Shown: one piece after another, positions 19,619 to 29,474 of the stretch
Layout of the letters: each line of letters opens with the position of its first letter
Position numbering within the stretch: position 1 is the first letter of the stretch
NCBI GenBank assembly: GCA_963699545.1
Contig: CAVOUE010000005.1
Span: 32,001-96,000 of the forward strand
Source of the DNA: Nitrospirota bacterium
Lineage (GTDB): Bacteria; Nitrospirota; Thermodesulfovibrionia; Thermodesulfovibrionales; UBA9159
Length of the DNA: 64,000 nt
Direction of reading: 5' to 3'
The notes under the pieces: model-generated
The model's input: the letters and a program-made list of their open reading frames with translations, nothing else
What the model was told of the DNA's origin: nothing
Database searches by the model: none
Translations under genes and position numbers: made by a program

Positions 19619-19648
19619 AAAGCGCTCTTCCTCGCGCTATAATAGCGG

Positions 19649-19873
19649 GTGGAGAAAGGGAAAAGGAGGGAAACCGTGTTCAAGGTAAAAACGTTCGGCA
19701 GCGAGATACGACCGCTCAAAACAATGCATGAACTTGCGGATCTCGATGAAATGGTGAATAGGTTCATATCTGAAAACGCTGTAAGAAAGGTGGTCTCTGT
19801 TTCCGACGTGGCGACGACGGATGATACAGGGGAGACGATCGGAATTATCAGGGTCCTCTGCTATGAGTCGTGA
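19649..19873 (+). CDS. Small hypothetical protein (start probably GTG 19676)
   Basis: RBS AGGAGG before GTG TTC AAG; compact alpha/beta-like sequence. Confidence 0.7.
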   Translation: MEKGKRRETVFKVKTFGSEIRPLKTMHELADLDEMVNRFISENAVRKVVSVSDVATTDDTGETIGIIRVLCYES

Positions 19874-19892
19874 GGATGTGCACTGAGGAGAG

Positions 19893-20681
19893 ATGAAGCT
19901 TAAAGGACGCGTTGCGATCATAACAGGGGCGGGCAGGGGCCTGGGGAGGGCTGCCGCCATGGCTATGGCAAGGGAAGGAGCCGTGGTGGTCGTCATGAGC
20001 CGGACGTTGTCGGAGATCAGAGAGACGGAACGGCTGATCAAGGCGGGCGGCGGGAAGGTCGTTGCATTGAAAGGCGATGTTTCCAAGAGCAAGGACATCC
20101 ATAAAGTTGTTGAGAGGGCGCTCTCGATCTTTGACCGCATTGACATCCTTATGAATAACGCTGCGATCATCGGCCCTGTGAAACCTCTCTGCGATATCAG
20201 GGAAAACGAGTGGAATAAGGTCTTCGGGATAAACCTCAGGGGAGCATTGCTCTTTGCAAGGGCAGTGATTCCTCACATGAGACAACAGCGGAGAGGGAAG
20301 ATTATCAACGTGACGTCCGGACTCGGAGAGATGACCATGCCCCTCCTCGGGGCGTATTCGGTGACGAAGGCAGGACTGATCCATCTCACCAGGATCCTGT
20401 CCGAGGAACTGAAGGATCACAATATCCCTGTGAATGGACTGGACCCGGGTGTGATGGACACGCGGATGCAGGACGAGGTAAGGAACATGGGACCGAGGAT
20501 CCTAGGCCATAAGATATACAATGAATTTACAGAAATGAAAAGGAGGGGACTGCTCACACCCCCTGAAAGGATCGCATCCCTTGCGGTATTTCTTGCCTCA
20601 GGAGAGGCGAACCACATCAGTGGCGAAAACGGCACCGAAGCTGATTACATGCGTTTCGGATACAAGGCTGCAAAGGCCTAG
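19893..20681 (+). CDS. Short-chain dehydrogenase/reductase (SDR)
   Basis: TGAGRGLG, NNAA, YSVTK catalytic motif. Confidence 0.93.
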   Translation: MKLKGRVAIITGAGRGLGRAAAMAMAREGAVVVVMSRTLSEIRETERLIKAGGGKVVALKGDVSKSKDIHKVVERALSIFDRIDILMNNAAIIGPVKPLCDIRENEWNKVFGINLRGALLFARAVIPHMRQQRRGKIINVTSGLGEMTMPLLGAYSVTKAGLIHLTRILSEELKDHNIPVNGLDPGVMDTRMQDEVRNMGPRILGHKIYNEFTEMKRRGLLTPPERIASLAVFLASGEANHISGENGTEADYMRFGYKAAKA

Positions 20682-20717
20682 AGCGCTGGTTCACAGGGAA
20701 CGGTGCGCTGCTTACTT

Positions 20718-21350
20718 CTATATGTTCCTCGAAGGGCAGATGTCGAAAAGGACGCATTCCCCGTGGTGAGGTTTTTTTGCCTGGCATATCTCTCTGCCGT
20801 GAAATATTAACAGATGGGAGAAGGTTCCCCAGTCCTTCCTGGGGACCATGGGCATCAGGTCCTGTTCGATCTTCACCGGGTCCTCGTTCTTTGTAAGGCC
20901 GAGCCTGTAAGCCACGCGCTTTACATGGGTATCCACAGCAATGCCTTCATTTATTCCATAAGCACCCGAAAGCACGATATTGGCAGTTTTGCGGGCAACC
21001 CCGGGAAGGCTTATGAGCTCTTCCATGGTTCTCGGGACCTTTCCGTTGAATTTGGTAACGATCGTCTTTGCCGATTCCTGGATGTTCCTTGTTTTTGTTT
21101 TGTAAAAATTTATCGAGCGGATGTCGTTCTGAAGCGTTTCCAGGTCGGAGTTCGTGTAATCCTTTAAGGACGTATATTTCTTAAAAAGCCCCTCCGTCAC
21201 GCGGTTCACGTGCACGTCCGTGGTCTGTGCCGAAAGAATCGTTGCAACGAGCAGTTCGAAGGGCGTTCTGAAATGAAGAGCTGTCTTGGGTTCCGCGTAC
21301 TCCTTCTTTAATCGTCGTATCACTTCCTCCACTCTTTGCTGAACATTCAT
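20718..21350 (-). CDS. nth: Endonuclease III
   Basis: PFELLVATILSAQTTD, HhH LPGVARKTAN, AVDTHV, C-terminal Fe-S Cys cluster (one Cys replaced by His: CQAKKPHHGECVLFDIC); RBS GGAGG before ATG 21350. Confidence 0.93.
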   Translation of the reverse strand: MNVQQRVEEVIRRLKKEYAEPKTALHFRTPFELLVATILSAQTTDVHVNRVTEGLFKKYTSLKDYTNSDLETLQNDIRSINFYKTKTRNIQESAKTIVTKFNGKVPRTMEELISLPGVARKTANIVLSGAYGINEGIAVDTHVKRVAYRLGLTKNEDPVKIEQDLMPMVPRKDWGTFSHLLIFHGREICQAKKPHHGECVLFDICPSRNI

Positions 21351-21556
21351 AGCTGTTTCCTCCAAAAAGGTTTTGTTGATATTGATTTCTTTACTCTCAT
21401 AGTACCTCGGGGAAAAAACCAAATCAACTGTATGGTGCGTGGGCATGCCGTCACTGATCCCGGGGCAGCTCATTGACATGATACGTGGAATAGTCAATAA
21501 TACAGCAGATTCTCTTTGTAAGAAGCCAAATTACTATGAATGCAGGATATTTTTGT

Positions 21557-21823
21557 ATGAAAAACCGAAAGAGCATAACAGGTATCCTCTTACTGCTTGT
21601 TTTACTGTCTATGGTGGTAGTAGCATTTCATCACCACGATGACGATACCGCCCATCATGACTGTCCTCTCTGTATAGCCGGTCATCATTTTTCACCGGCA
21701 AGCCTCAGCAGCTTCTCATTGGTGATCTGCCAAACCGTCTCCACGATAGAACTATCCCAAGAGTCTTTCCTTTGCGACTTCAGCCGTTCCCGTCTGCTGC
21801 CTTCCCGGGCTCCTCCCGCGTAA
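21557..21823 (+). CDS. DUF2946/CutF/CruR-like small secreted protein with CxxC and C-terminal RAPP
   Basis: Signal peptide, HHHDDDTAHHDCPLC, ends SRAPPA; directly upstream of a metal-uptake operon. Confidence 0.8.
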   Translation: MKNRKSITGILLLLVLLSMVVVAFHHHDDDTAHHDCPLCIAGHHFSPASLSSFSLVICQTVSTIELSQESFLCDFSRSRLLPSRAPPA

Positions 21824-21913
21824 GTTCTTCCAGGACAACGCTCAATTGACACGCGTCATGGTCGAGCATCTTGCGCGCGTATTCTGTCGGAAGGACCAAA
21901 AGGAGGAGTTTTC

Positions 21914-23374
21914 ATGAGGATCATGATCACGTTCATCATGCTATTTACGTCATTATTGTTTTCAACGGGTGTATTTGCTGAAACTCCGGAAGATCGAATG
22001 ACTGCCATAGAGGAAACCCTCAAGCAGCAGCAGCAGACGATCCAGGAACTGAAAGCACTTCAGAACGCACTAAGAAAACAGGAACAAACTATTGCTGAGC
22101 AACGAAAGCTGATTGAAGAATTGCAGGCCGAACTCAAACAAAAACAGCCCTCTGCCCAGCCAAAGGGCCCCGCCATCGCCGCGCCTGTTGCGGCCGAACA
22201 GATGCAACAGCAGGTGCAGGAGTTGAATGAGAAGGTCGATCAGGTAGTCGAAGCGCAGAAGAAGACCGTCCCGAGCGTGTTCAATCCATCCATTGGGCTC
22301 GTGGGCGAGACAATCTTCTCCTATCGCAGCAAGGGATCGTCGCAGACGGGCAGCGACCGGCCCGGCGGGTTTGACGCGTTCCAGCGTTCGGTTGAACTGG
22401 ACGCAGCCGCGTCTGTAGATCCGTTTGCCAAGGCTTATGTGGTGGCCAACGCATCGGTCGATGCCCGCACCGGCGAAGCGACGTTTGGCATCGAAGAAGC
22501 AGCTATCCAGACAGAGTCGCTGCCCTGGAATCTGACTGTGAAGGCGGGCCGGTTCTTTGGCGAGTTCGGACGGCTGTCATATATTCATGATCATGAGCTG
22601 CCTTTCGTGAATCGTCCTCTCGTGCTCGACCAATACATCGGCGGCGAATCGAGGACTGATGGGGTGCAGGTCAACTGGTTGCTGCCGATCCCGCACTACG
22701 TAAGCCTAACGCTTGGCCTAGGCAACCAGTTTGGCGGAGACATGCCTCCAAACAACGTTGGCGAAATCCGCCACTTGAGCGGGTGGAACTACTGGGGCCG
22801 CTTGTCTTCGTATTTCGACCTGACACCCGATATCTCACTCGAACCCGGCGTATCGGGCCTGTGGAATCCAAATACGATTGACCACGGCGGTCCGCTTCTT
22901 CAACCGGATGGCAGCACCTTCACCGAACGCAAGCGCCGTCTGGTGGGAGCAGACCTGGCCTTGAGCTGGAAGCCGCTCCGCAACAATCAGTTCCAGAGCC
23001 TTACCTGGGGCACTGAAGTCCTTCACAGCAATAACCGTTACGACATAACGGATCCCTCGGGCAGCGCCTTCTCCAGCCAGTCCGTGAGTTCCTGGGGCAT
23101 GTATTCATATCTCACTTACAAGTTTCACAGGCAGTGGTCAACCGGGTTCTTGTATGGCTTTGTGGAAGATTCCCAGAACAACAAAGCCAAGAGTTACGAG
23201 TACTCTCCATACATAACATGGGCCCTCAGTCACTGGAACCAACTGCGGCTTCAATATACCTATACCGACCGCAACGCCGTAGCCGTTGCATCCGGTCCGC
23301 GCCCCGATCATGCCGTTTACCTGCAATGGGCGTGGATCATCGGCTCGCACGCGCACGGGTGGCAGCAGCGATGA
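21914..23374 (+). CDS. Outer-membrane beta-barrel metal-uptake protein with N-terminal coiled coil
   Basis: Signal peptide, coiled coil, FNPSIGLVG, HDHELPFVNRP, C-terminal LQWAWIIGSHAHGW; precedes metal ABC genes. Confidence 0.75.
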   Translation: MRIMITFIMLFTSLLFSTGVFAETPEDRMTAIEETLKQQQQTIQELKALQNALRKQEQTIAEQRKLIEELQAELKQKQPSAQPKGPAIAAPVAAEQMQQQVQELNEKVDQVVEAQKKTVPSVFNPSIGLVGETIFSYRSKGSSQTGSDRPGGFDAFQRSVELDAAASVDPFAKAYVVANASVDARTGEATFGIEEAAIQTESLPWNLTVKAGRFFGEFGRLSYIHDHELPFVNRPLVLDQYIGGESRTDGVQVNWLLPIPHYVSLTLGLGNQFGGDMPPNNVGEIRHLSGWNYWGRLSSYFDLTPDISLEPGVSGLWNPNTIDHGGPLLQPDGSTFTERKRRLVGADLALSWKPLRNNQFQSLTWGTEVLHSNNRYDITDPSGSAFSSQSVSSWGMYSYLTYKFHRQWSTGFLYGFVEDSQNNKAKSYEYSPYITWALSHWNQLRLQYTYTDRNAVAVASGPRPDHAVYLQWAWIIGSHAHGWQQR

Positions 23375-23397
23375 ATATGGAAAGGAGGAATATCGAT

Positions 23398-24330
23398 ATG
23401 AAATTAAAACTGTTTTGTTTGTCCTCGGTAATCTTGCTCATCGGGGTATTTTGTATGGGCGTGATGCCGGCTCATGCGGCAAAGGTCCGTGTTGTCACAA
23501 CGCTCACCGACCTCGCGGACCTTGCACGCGCTGTGGGCGGAGACTTGGTCGAGGTCAGCAGTCTGGCCACCGGAGTCGAAGATACCCACGGGGTACCGAT
23601 GAAACCGAGCTTTGTTCCCATGATGAACCGGGCGGACCTGCTGATATCGATGGGGTTCGAAATGGAGCACGCCTTCCTGCCGGCGTTGATAGAAGCGAGC
23701 AAAAACCCACGCATTCAGGCAGGCAGGTCAGGGTACGTGGACTGCTCCAGAGGCATCTTCCCTCTCGATGTACCCAAGTCAACAGACCACTCCGCGGGCG
23801 ACGTTCATCCCTATGGCAACCCTCACTACATGCTCGATCCGGTATCGGCGAAGATCGCGATCGAGAATATCTACAACGCCCTCGTAACGTTCGCACCGCA
23901 GGACAAGGCGCAATTCACGCGTACCCGCGATGAGTATCTCTCAAAGCTCAACGCCAAGATAGCCGAATGGGAGAAAGAAGCCAGACCGCTCAAGGGCACG
24001 AAGTTCATATCCTACCACGAAGAGTGGAACTACTTTGCAGCGCGCTTCGGCTTGAACTACTTCGGTACAGTCGAACTGAGGCCGGGCATCGATCCGACAG
24101 CGCGGCACATCGAGGAACTCACCGCCGCTATGAAGGCCCAGCACGTGCCTATTGTCGTGCGCGAGCCTCAGTTCCCTGAGAAAGTGCCCAAACGCATCGC
24201 CGAACAAACCGGCGCGACCATGATAACGCTGCCCATCATGCCAGGCGGTGTTCCAAATACTGAAACATACATCAAGATGATGGACTACATCATTCACACG
24301 ATGGTTACCGCAGTGCAATCAAGGAAATAA
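23398..24330 (+). CDS. Zn/Mn ABC transporter substrate-binding protein (ZnuA/TroA family)
   Basis: VVTTLTDL, EDTHGV, GDVHPYGNPHY, SYHEEWNYF; RBS AGGAGG before ATG 23398. Confidence 0.9.
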   Translation: MKLKLFCLSSVILLIGVFCMGVMPAHAAKVRVVTTLTDLADLARAVGGDLVEVSSLATGVEDTHGVPMKPSFVPMMNRADLLISMGFEMEHAFLPALIEASKNPRIQAGRSGYVDCSRGIFPLDVPKSTDHSAGDVHPYGNPHYMLDPVSAKIAIENIYNALVTFAPQDKAQFTRTRDEYLSKLNAKIAEWEKEARPLKGTKFISYHEEWNYFAARFGLNYFGTVELRPGIDPTARHIEELTAAMKAQHVPIVVREPQFPEKVPKRIAEQTGATMITLPIMPGGVPNTETYIKMMDYIIHTMVTAVQSRK

Positions 24331-24384
24331 AGACAAGGAGAACGTGTCCGCCTGAGAAATCGGGCGGGCACACACAAACAGACT

Positions 24385-25098
24385 ATGAAAGAAGCACTCA
24401 TCACACTGGACAACCTGAGTATCGGCTACAACAACCAGGCTGTGCTATCCGGCATTTCGCTCTCTATTGCCCGTGGCAGTTTCACCGCAATTCTCGGCGC
24501 AAACGGTTCGGGCAAGTCAACCCTGCTCAAGACTGTGCTTGGACTGGTTCCACCGGTGGGGGGCCGTATTGAAACCTTATCGGCAAGTGCGCCTCTCGTG
24601 TTCGGGTACGTGCCCCAATCGATTCAATTCGATTCGATTTATCTGCTGACAGCGTTCGAGGTTGCCCTGATGGGCGCATATGGACGTGTGCGCCCGGGCC
24701 GTTTTTTCCCTGCTGCCGAACGCGCCTTCACGCGCGAATGCCTGAGTGCGGCGGGCGCTGAGGGGTTTGCCCGTAAGCGCTTTGCCGAGCTTTCCGGCGG
24801 CCAGAAACAACGCGTGCTCATCGCCCGCGCCCTGACCACACGCCCCGATGTCCTTGTGCTGGACGAGCCCACTGCGGGCGTGGACCGTGATGCCACGCAT
24901 GCAGTGATGGAGTTCATTTCGCAGATCCGCAAGGAAAGGATGATCACGGTCCTGCTCGTAACGCACGATTTTGCGGCGGTGCGTCGGCACGCTGAACAAG
25001 TCATCTGGCTTCACGAGGGCACGGTGTTCCACGGTGCAGCACAGGAGCTGCTTCGGCCTGAACGGATGGCGGAAATGTTTAACACGGGGACCGACTGA
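24385..25098 (+). CDS. Metal ABC transporter ATP-binding protein (ZnuC-like)
   Basis: GANGSGKST, GYVPQ, LSGGQKQR, LDEPTAGVD. Confidence 0.92.
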   Translation: MKEALITLDNLSIGYNNQAVLSGISLSIARGSFTAILGANGSGKSTLLKTVLGLVPPVGGRIETLSASAPLVFGYVPQSIQFDSIYLLTAFEVALMGAYGRVRPGRFFPAAERAFTRECLSAAGAEGFARKRFAELSGGQKQRVLIARALTTRPDVLVLDEPTAGVDRDATHAVMEFISQIRKERMITVLLVTHDFAAVRRHAEQVIWLHEGTVFHGAAQELLRPERMAEMFNTGTD

Positions 25099-25099
25099 C

Positions 25100-25978
25100 A
25101 TGGAAACGCTTCGTCAGATCCTTTCCCCGGAGTTTCTCCTGCGCAACTCCATTTACACGAGCGTGCTCATCGGCTTCGCTTGCCCGCTTGTCGGTGTGTT
25201 CCTCGTGATGCGCCGACTGGTGTTCATGGGCGTGGCACTGCCCCAGATTTCGTCGACCGGCGTCGCTATTGCACTCTCGCTTCCCTTGTGGCTCGGATTC
25301 AATCTGGCTAGTCACGGCTCACAGAGCGCCCACGCGCTTGCCTTTGCCGGATCTATCACCTTCTCGCTGGTCGCGATCCTGGTACTGGGGTTTCTGGAAC
25401 GAGCCGGACGAGGACAGCCTGAAGGTCGACTCGGCACTGCGTATGTTGTGGCGGCCGCATTGAGCATGTTATTGCTGTCAAAAAACCCTTATGGAGAGAT
25501 CGGTTGGCTCGATATGTTAAAAGGGGAAGTCATAACCATCTCCAATTTCGATCTCGTACTGACCGCAGGAACGCTTGCGCTCGTCATCGCGGCTCTGGGG
25601 CTTTTCCACAAGGAGTTGCTCTTGGTATCGTTCGACCGCGAGATGGCAATTATCCTTCGCAAGAATGTCGTTTTCTGGGACATGTTGCTCTATTTGCTGA
25701 TGGGCCTGACTGTCTCGGTGGCGGTCCTCAGCGTCGGTCCTCTGATCGCGTTCGGCTTTTTGCTGATCCCTGCGCTGATGGCTCACCTGTTCGCGCACAA
25801 TATGCGCCAGTTCACGATGTTGGCCTCACTGCTCGGTGGTGCTGTCGCATTCTTCGGTTTCTGGATCGCTTACCAATATGACTTTCCGGTCGGCCCTACG
25901 GACGTCGTCCTCCTGGGCGTGCTTTATGCTCTGGCCTGGATTGCAGCCAGGCTTCTTCCCGGAGGCTATCGACATTAG
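25100..25978 (+). CDS. Metal ABC transporter permease (ZnuB/ABC-3 family)
   Basis: GVFLVMRRLVFMGVAL, SFDRE, multiple TMs. Confidence 0.9.
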   Translation: METLRQILSPEFLLRNSIYTSVLIGFACPLVGVFLVMRRLVFMGVALPQISSTGVAIALSLPLWLGFNLASHGSQSAHALAFAGSITFSLVAILVLGFLERAGRGQPEGRLGTAYVVAAALSMLLLSKNPYGEIGWLDMLKGEVITISNFDLVLTAGTLALVIAALGLFHKELLLVSFDREMAIILRKNVVFWDMLLYLLMGLTVSVAVLSVGPLIAFGFLLIPALMAHLFAHNMRQFTMLASLLGGAVAFFGFWIAYQYDFPVGPTDVVLLGVLYALAWIAARLLPGGYRH

Positions 25979-26064
25979 AAAGATAAGGCGCAATTCTTGC
26001 GCAGTGCTTGTTGCCATCAATAGGGCAGAGCTTAGATGGCCTACTTAATAATTATAGTTATATA

Positions 26065-26092
26065 TTGACAAACTTTGTTTTTCGCTTATACT
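26065..26092 (+). promoter_or_regulatory. Sigma70 promoter giving a probable leaderless mRNA
   Basis: TTGACA-N16-TATACT, with ATG (26099) 6 nt after the -10 and no SD. Confidence 0.65.
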
Positions 26093-26098
26093 AAAAAC

Positions 26099-26386
26099 AT
26101 GAGATTGAGTATCTTATTCGTACTTCTTGCTCTTGTGATATCCCTTTCGTCACCTTTTACCGCGCATGTCCCGATCTCGCCGTCCGATCTGGCAAGTTAT
26201 CTTGTAACGCTTGACGTTTGTCATGCCTATGCTTCAAACATATCGACAAATGCAGTTGGAACCTGCCTTCATGAACCACCCTGTCAACTGGTAAAGCTGG
26301 CATGCACAGAGTTGGTTGATATTTCAGATTATCATTCCCGGCCCTATACCCTTTCTTTTCAGTTAGAGCGTCCTCCCAAAGCCTAA
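26099..26386 (+). CDS. Small secreted Cys-containing protein ending ERPPKA (putative regulatory upstream ORF)
   Basis: Signal peptide; DVCH, CLHEPPC, C; C-terminal RPP; heads the copper cluster. Confidence 0.7.
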   Translation: MRLSILFVLLALVISLSSPFTAHVPISPSDLASYLVTLDVCHAYASNISTNAVGTCLHEPPCQLVKLACTELVDISDYHSRPYTLSFQLERPPKA

Positions 26387-26581
26387 CCGTACGTTCCGGA
26401 GTATTCGAGTCAAGGCTATACGGAGACGCAAGCGTTCTGTCTCGCTGTGAGGGGTCCTTTTCAAGCTCTTCCCCCCTTAGCCTTGACTCCACTTCGGAAT
26501 GATTGCCTCAACGCCCGGATTTTTTCCGGGGAGGGGTCTCCCTTAGGTGAGATACAGTTTGCATCAATGAGAGGTTGAAGG

Positions 26582-26977
26582 ATGAGAATAAACGGATGTG
26601 CATTGCTGATGGTGATCTTACTGTTGTCAGCAAGCATGGCTTATGCAAAATCATACGAGGTGAACAAGAAAGTGGGAGGGTACAATGTCATGATGAAGAT
26701 CGACAGGAACCCACCTGTTGCAGGCGACAATAACGTCAGTATAGAGGTCACGGACGCAGTAACTCACTGCGCTTGTAATGCAAACATAGGAATTGAATAT
26801 TCCAGACCGGCAATGCAGGGGAAGCCCGCGCAATACTATAAAGCTGAGACTCGTTTGAAGAGAGGCCGGCACACAGGAAAGATAACTTTAACTTTGCCTG
26901 GGGCCTGGAATATAGCAGTGAAGATAACAACGGGAGATAAGACCTGGACAACAAACTTTGTTGTCGATGTGGAGTAG
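26582..26977 (+). CDS. FixH/YtkA-like periplasmic protein
   Basis: Signal peptide, NPPVAGDN, YSRPAM, PGAWNIAVKI. Confidence 0.75.
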   Translation: MRINGCALLMVILLLSASMAYAKSYEVNKKVGGYNVMMKIDRNPPVAGDNNVSIEVTDAVTHCACNANIGIEYSRPAMQGKPAQYYKAETRLKRGRHTGKITLTLPGAWNIAVKITTGDKTWTTNFVVDVE

Positions 26978-27143
26978 GAATATCTTAAAGAACAAGGCTC
27001 TTGCGGCACGAGAATAAGGCATCGCGATTGACAGAATGAGGATTGAGGGCTAAAGTGATAAAGGAGTCTTTCATATCATTTCCAGAAAGGAGGCAACGTT
27101 CGCGAAGTATGTTGCTTTCGAGAAAATAAGAGGAGGTATTGCT

Positions 27144-27890
27144 ATGAGAAGTAAAGTGACGTTTGTTTCGTGCCTGGTATTGACAGTGTTTCTTTTTGTG
27201 GGACTTTCCAGCTATGGTTTTGCCGAAGAGATGAAACACAAAAAGGGCGGTGCTTCTATGGAGCTGCATCATATCCATGCCATGATGAGCCATGGACTTG
27301 CGATGGCGGCCGAGGGTTCGACAATGGTAATGCTGGCAGGGATGAATATGGCGCCCTCTGTGGATGAAGCGACCATCAAACACGGACAGCACATGATCAT
27401 GGAAGGAAAGGCGGTGATCGAGAGGATGCTGAACGGCCCGGAGATGAAGGCGCTTCATCAGCGGAAATATGACGAGGGGCTTATGAAGTATACCCATGAC
27501 CTCGGCAACTCCATGCTGAAAGTAGTGGCTATGCTCGAAAAGATGAAGATGGAAGGGAACATGTCGCAGGACATGATGACGATGCACCACATGCATGTCC
27601 TGATGAACCATGGTTTAGTGATGGCCGCCGAGGGAGCGAATATGGTCATGCTTGGACAAATGGGCATGGCAAAGGGCATTGATGCCTATTCCATCGAACA
27701 CGGGAAGATGATGCTTTCGGACGCACGATCGGTATTGAAGGATAGTATGGAGGGCAAGGCGATGCAGGAGCTGCATGGCAAGGGGGTGAAGATGGATAAC
27801 GCCATGATGGCAGAGATGCACGGGATTGGTGATGCAGCTCTGAAAGTGCTCGATCTCCTTACAAAGATGCCTTCCCCCGGAGCAAAGTAA
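27144..27890 (+). CDS. Met/His-rich periplasmic protein with internal tandem duplication (putative Cu/Ag binder)
   Basis: Signal peptide; repeats MELHHIHAMMSHGLAMAAEG and MTMHHMHVLMNHGLVMAAEG. Confidence 0.8.
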   Translation: MRSKVTFVSCLVLTVFLFVGLSSYGFAEEMKHKKGGASMELHHIHAMMSHGLAMAAEGSTMVMLAGMNMAPSVDEATIKHGQHMIMEGKAVIERMLNGPEMKALHQRKYDEGLMKYTHDLGNSMLKVVAMLEKMKMEGNMSQDMMTMHHMHVLMNHGLVMAAEGANMVMLGQMGMAKGIDAYSIEHGKMMLSDARSVLKDSMEGKAMQELHGKGVKMDNAMMAEMHGIGDAALKVLDLLTKMPSPGAK

Positions 27891-28041
27891 AGTTTGGCAT
27901 GTCCTGCGATAACTTTCCCGTCGCAAAGCGGAGCCGGGAGAAGAGCTAATGTTCCGGGCCACTTCTTGGCCCGGGATACTTGGTATACATGACATTTACG
28001 CGTCATTTCTTATGAGGAATGACAATAATGAGGAGGGTCAC

Positions 28042-29076
28042 ATGAGCCTTAAGCATGAAGTGGAAAAACGCAATGTGCCTGCCGGATCAGCTGGAGGAGA
28101 AATCGCTGTGGAGAGAGGGTTTTATTCCCGTTCTTGTAAGTGGCATACGTTGGCATTGTGCGGCGTTGTGTTGCTTGTGCTTGTATCCATACCGTCTCTC
28201 GTTTCTGCCCACGGATTTGCGGGCAAGAGGTTTTTCCCGACCACGTTTCAGGTCGAGGACCCGTTCGTCTCCGACGAGTTCTCGATCCTCTTTAACCATA
28301 TCAAGGAACCCGATGCAAAAACCACGGAAATCGGCATCGACTACACCAAACGCATCATACCAAACCTCGGGATAAGCATCGGCGAATCATACCGGCACCA
28401 GGACTTCGTGGACGGCGGGTCCGCCAGCGGTTTTGGGAACCTCGAGCTGGGGCTGAAGTATCAGTTCCTCACCAACGCGGAGCATGAGACGATCCTCTCC
28501 GTCGGGCTCGGCACGGAAATAGGCGGCACCGGGGCGCGAGGGGTAGGGGCGGATTCGTTTTCGACCATTTCGCCTGCGCTCTTTTTTGGCAAAGGCTTTG
28601 GCGATCTGCCCGAATCGGTAAAGTTTCTGAGACCCTTTGCGATCACCGGTGTCATAGGTCCGAACTTCCCGACACGCGGCAAGAACGTTACTACCACGCT
28701 CAATGAAGATACAGGAGAAACCGAACAGGAGGTGGAACGCAACCCTACCACCCTGACGTGGGCCTTCAGCATCCAGTACAGTCTCATGTACCTTCAGTCC
28801 TTTGTGAAGGATGTGGGGCTGGGAGATCCGTTGAAGCGCATGATCCTTGTGGTCGAATTTCCCATGGAGACCTGCATAAGTGCTGACTGCAAAGGTAAGA
28901 TTACCGGCACGGTAAACCCGGGAGTTGTCTGGGCAGGCAAGTTCATGGAATTGGGTCTTGCCGCGCAGATCCCTATCAACGCGCGCACGGGAAAGAGCGT
29001 CGGGGTCCTCGCCCTTTTTCACCTTTTCCTCGATGACCTTTTTCCAAAGGGCATAGGGGGACCGATTTTTCACTGA
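28042..29076 (+). CDS. Putative outer-membrane beta-barrel protein linked to copC/copD
   Basis: RBS AGGAGG; AHGFAGKRFFP mature N-terminus; alternating beta strands; upstream of copC. Confidence 0.65.
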   Translation: MSLKHEVEKRNVPAGSAGGEIAVERGFYSRSCKWHTLALCGVVLLVLVSIPSLVSAHGFAGKRFFPTTFQVEDPFVSDEFSILFNHIKEPDAKTTEIGIDYTKRIIPNLGISIGESYRHQDFVDGGSASGFGNLELGLKYQFLTNAEHETILSVGLGTEIGGTGARGVGADSFSTISPALFFGKGFGDLPESVKFLRPFAITGVIGPNFPTRGKNVTTTLNEDTGETEQEVERNPTTLTWAFSIQYSLMYLQSFVKDVGLGDPLKRMILVVEFPMETCISADCKGKITGTVNPGVVWAGKFMELGLAAQIPINARTGKSVGVLALFHLFLDDLFPKGIGGPIFH

Positions 29077-29078
29077 AA

Positions 29079-29459
29079 GTGACAGCGCAGCACTTGAACG
29101 TCAGAACTATAGGCACGTTTTTGTTGCTTGTGGTTTTGTGCGCACTGCCGGAACCGGCCGGCGGGCATGCGTTCCCCGACCATGCCGATCCGAAAGTGGG
29201 CGCGACGATACCCGTTTCTCCCGACCGCGTGCGCATATGGTTCGATAGCGCTCTGGAGCCGGCCTTTTCTTCGATCATGGTCCATAGCGCAGACGGCACG
29301 ATGGTGGACAAGAGGGATGGTCGTGTGAATCCATCCGATCCAACACTCCTCGAGGTAAGCGTGCCCAAGCTGCCTCCGGGTACCTATCGCGTGATCTGGA
29401 ACGTCGTGGCAAGGGATACTCACCGAACCATGGGAGACTATACGTTTACGATCAGATAA
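29079..29459 (+). CDS. copC: Copper resistance protein CopC
   Basis: Mature N-terminal His (HAFPDHADP), GTYRVIWNVVARDTH. Confidence 0.9.
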   Translation: MTAQHLNVRTIGTFLLLVVLCALPEPAGGHAFPDHADPKVGATIPVSPDRVRIWFDSALEPAFSSIMVHSADGTMVDKRDGRVNPSDPTLLEVSVPKLPPGTYRVIWNVVARDTHRTMGDYTFTIR

Positions 29460-29474
29460 GGAGGTCAGTGACAG

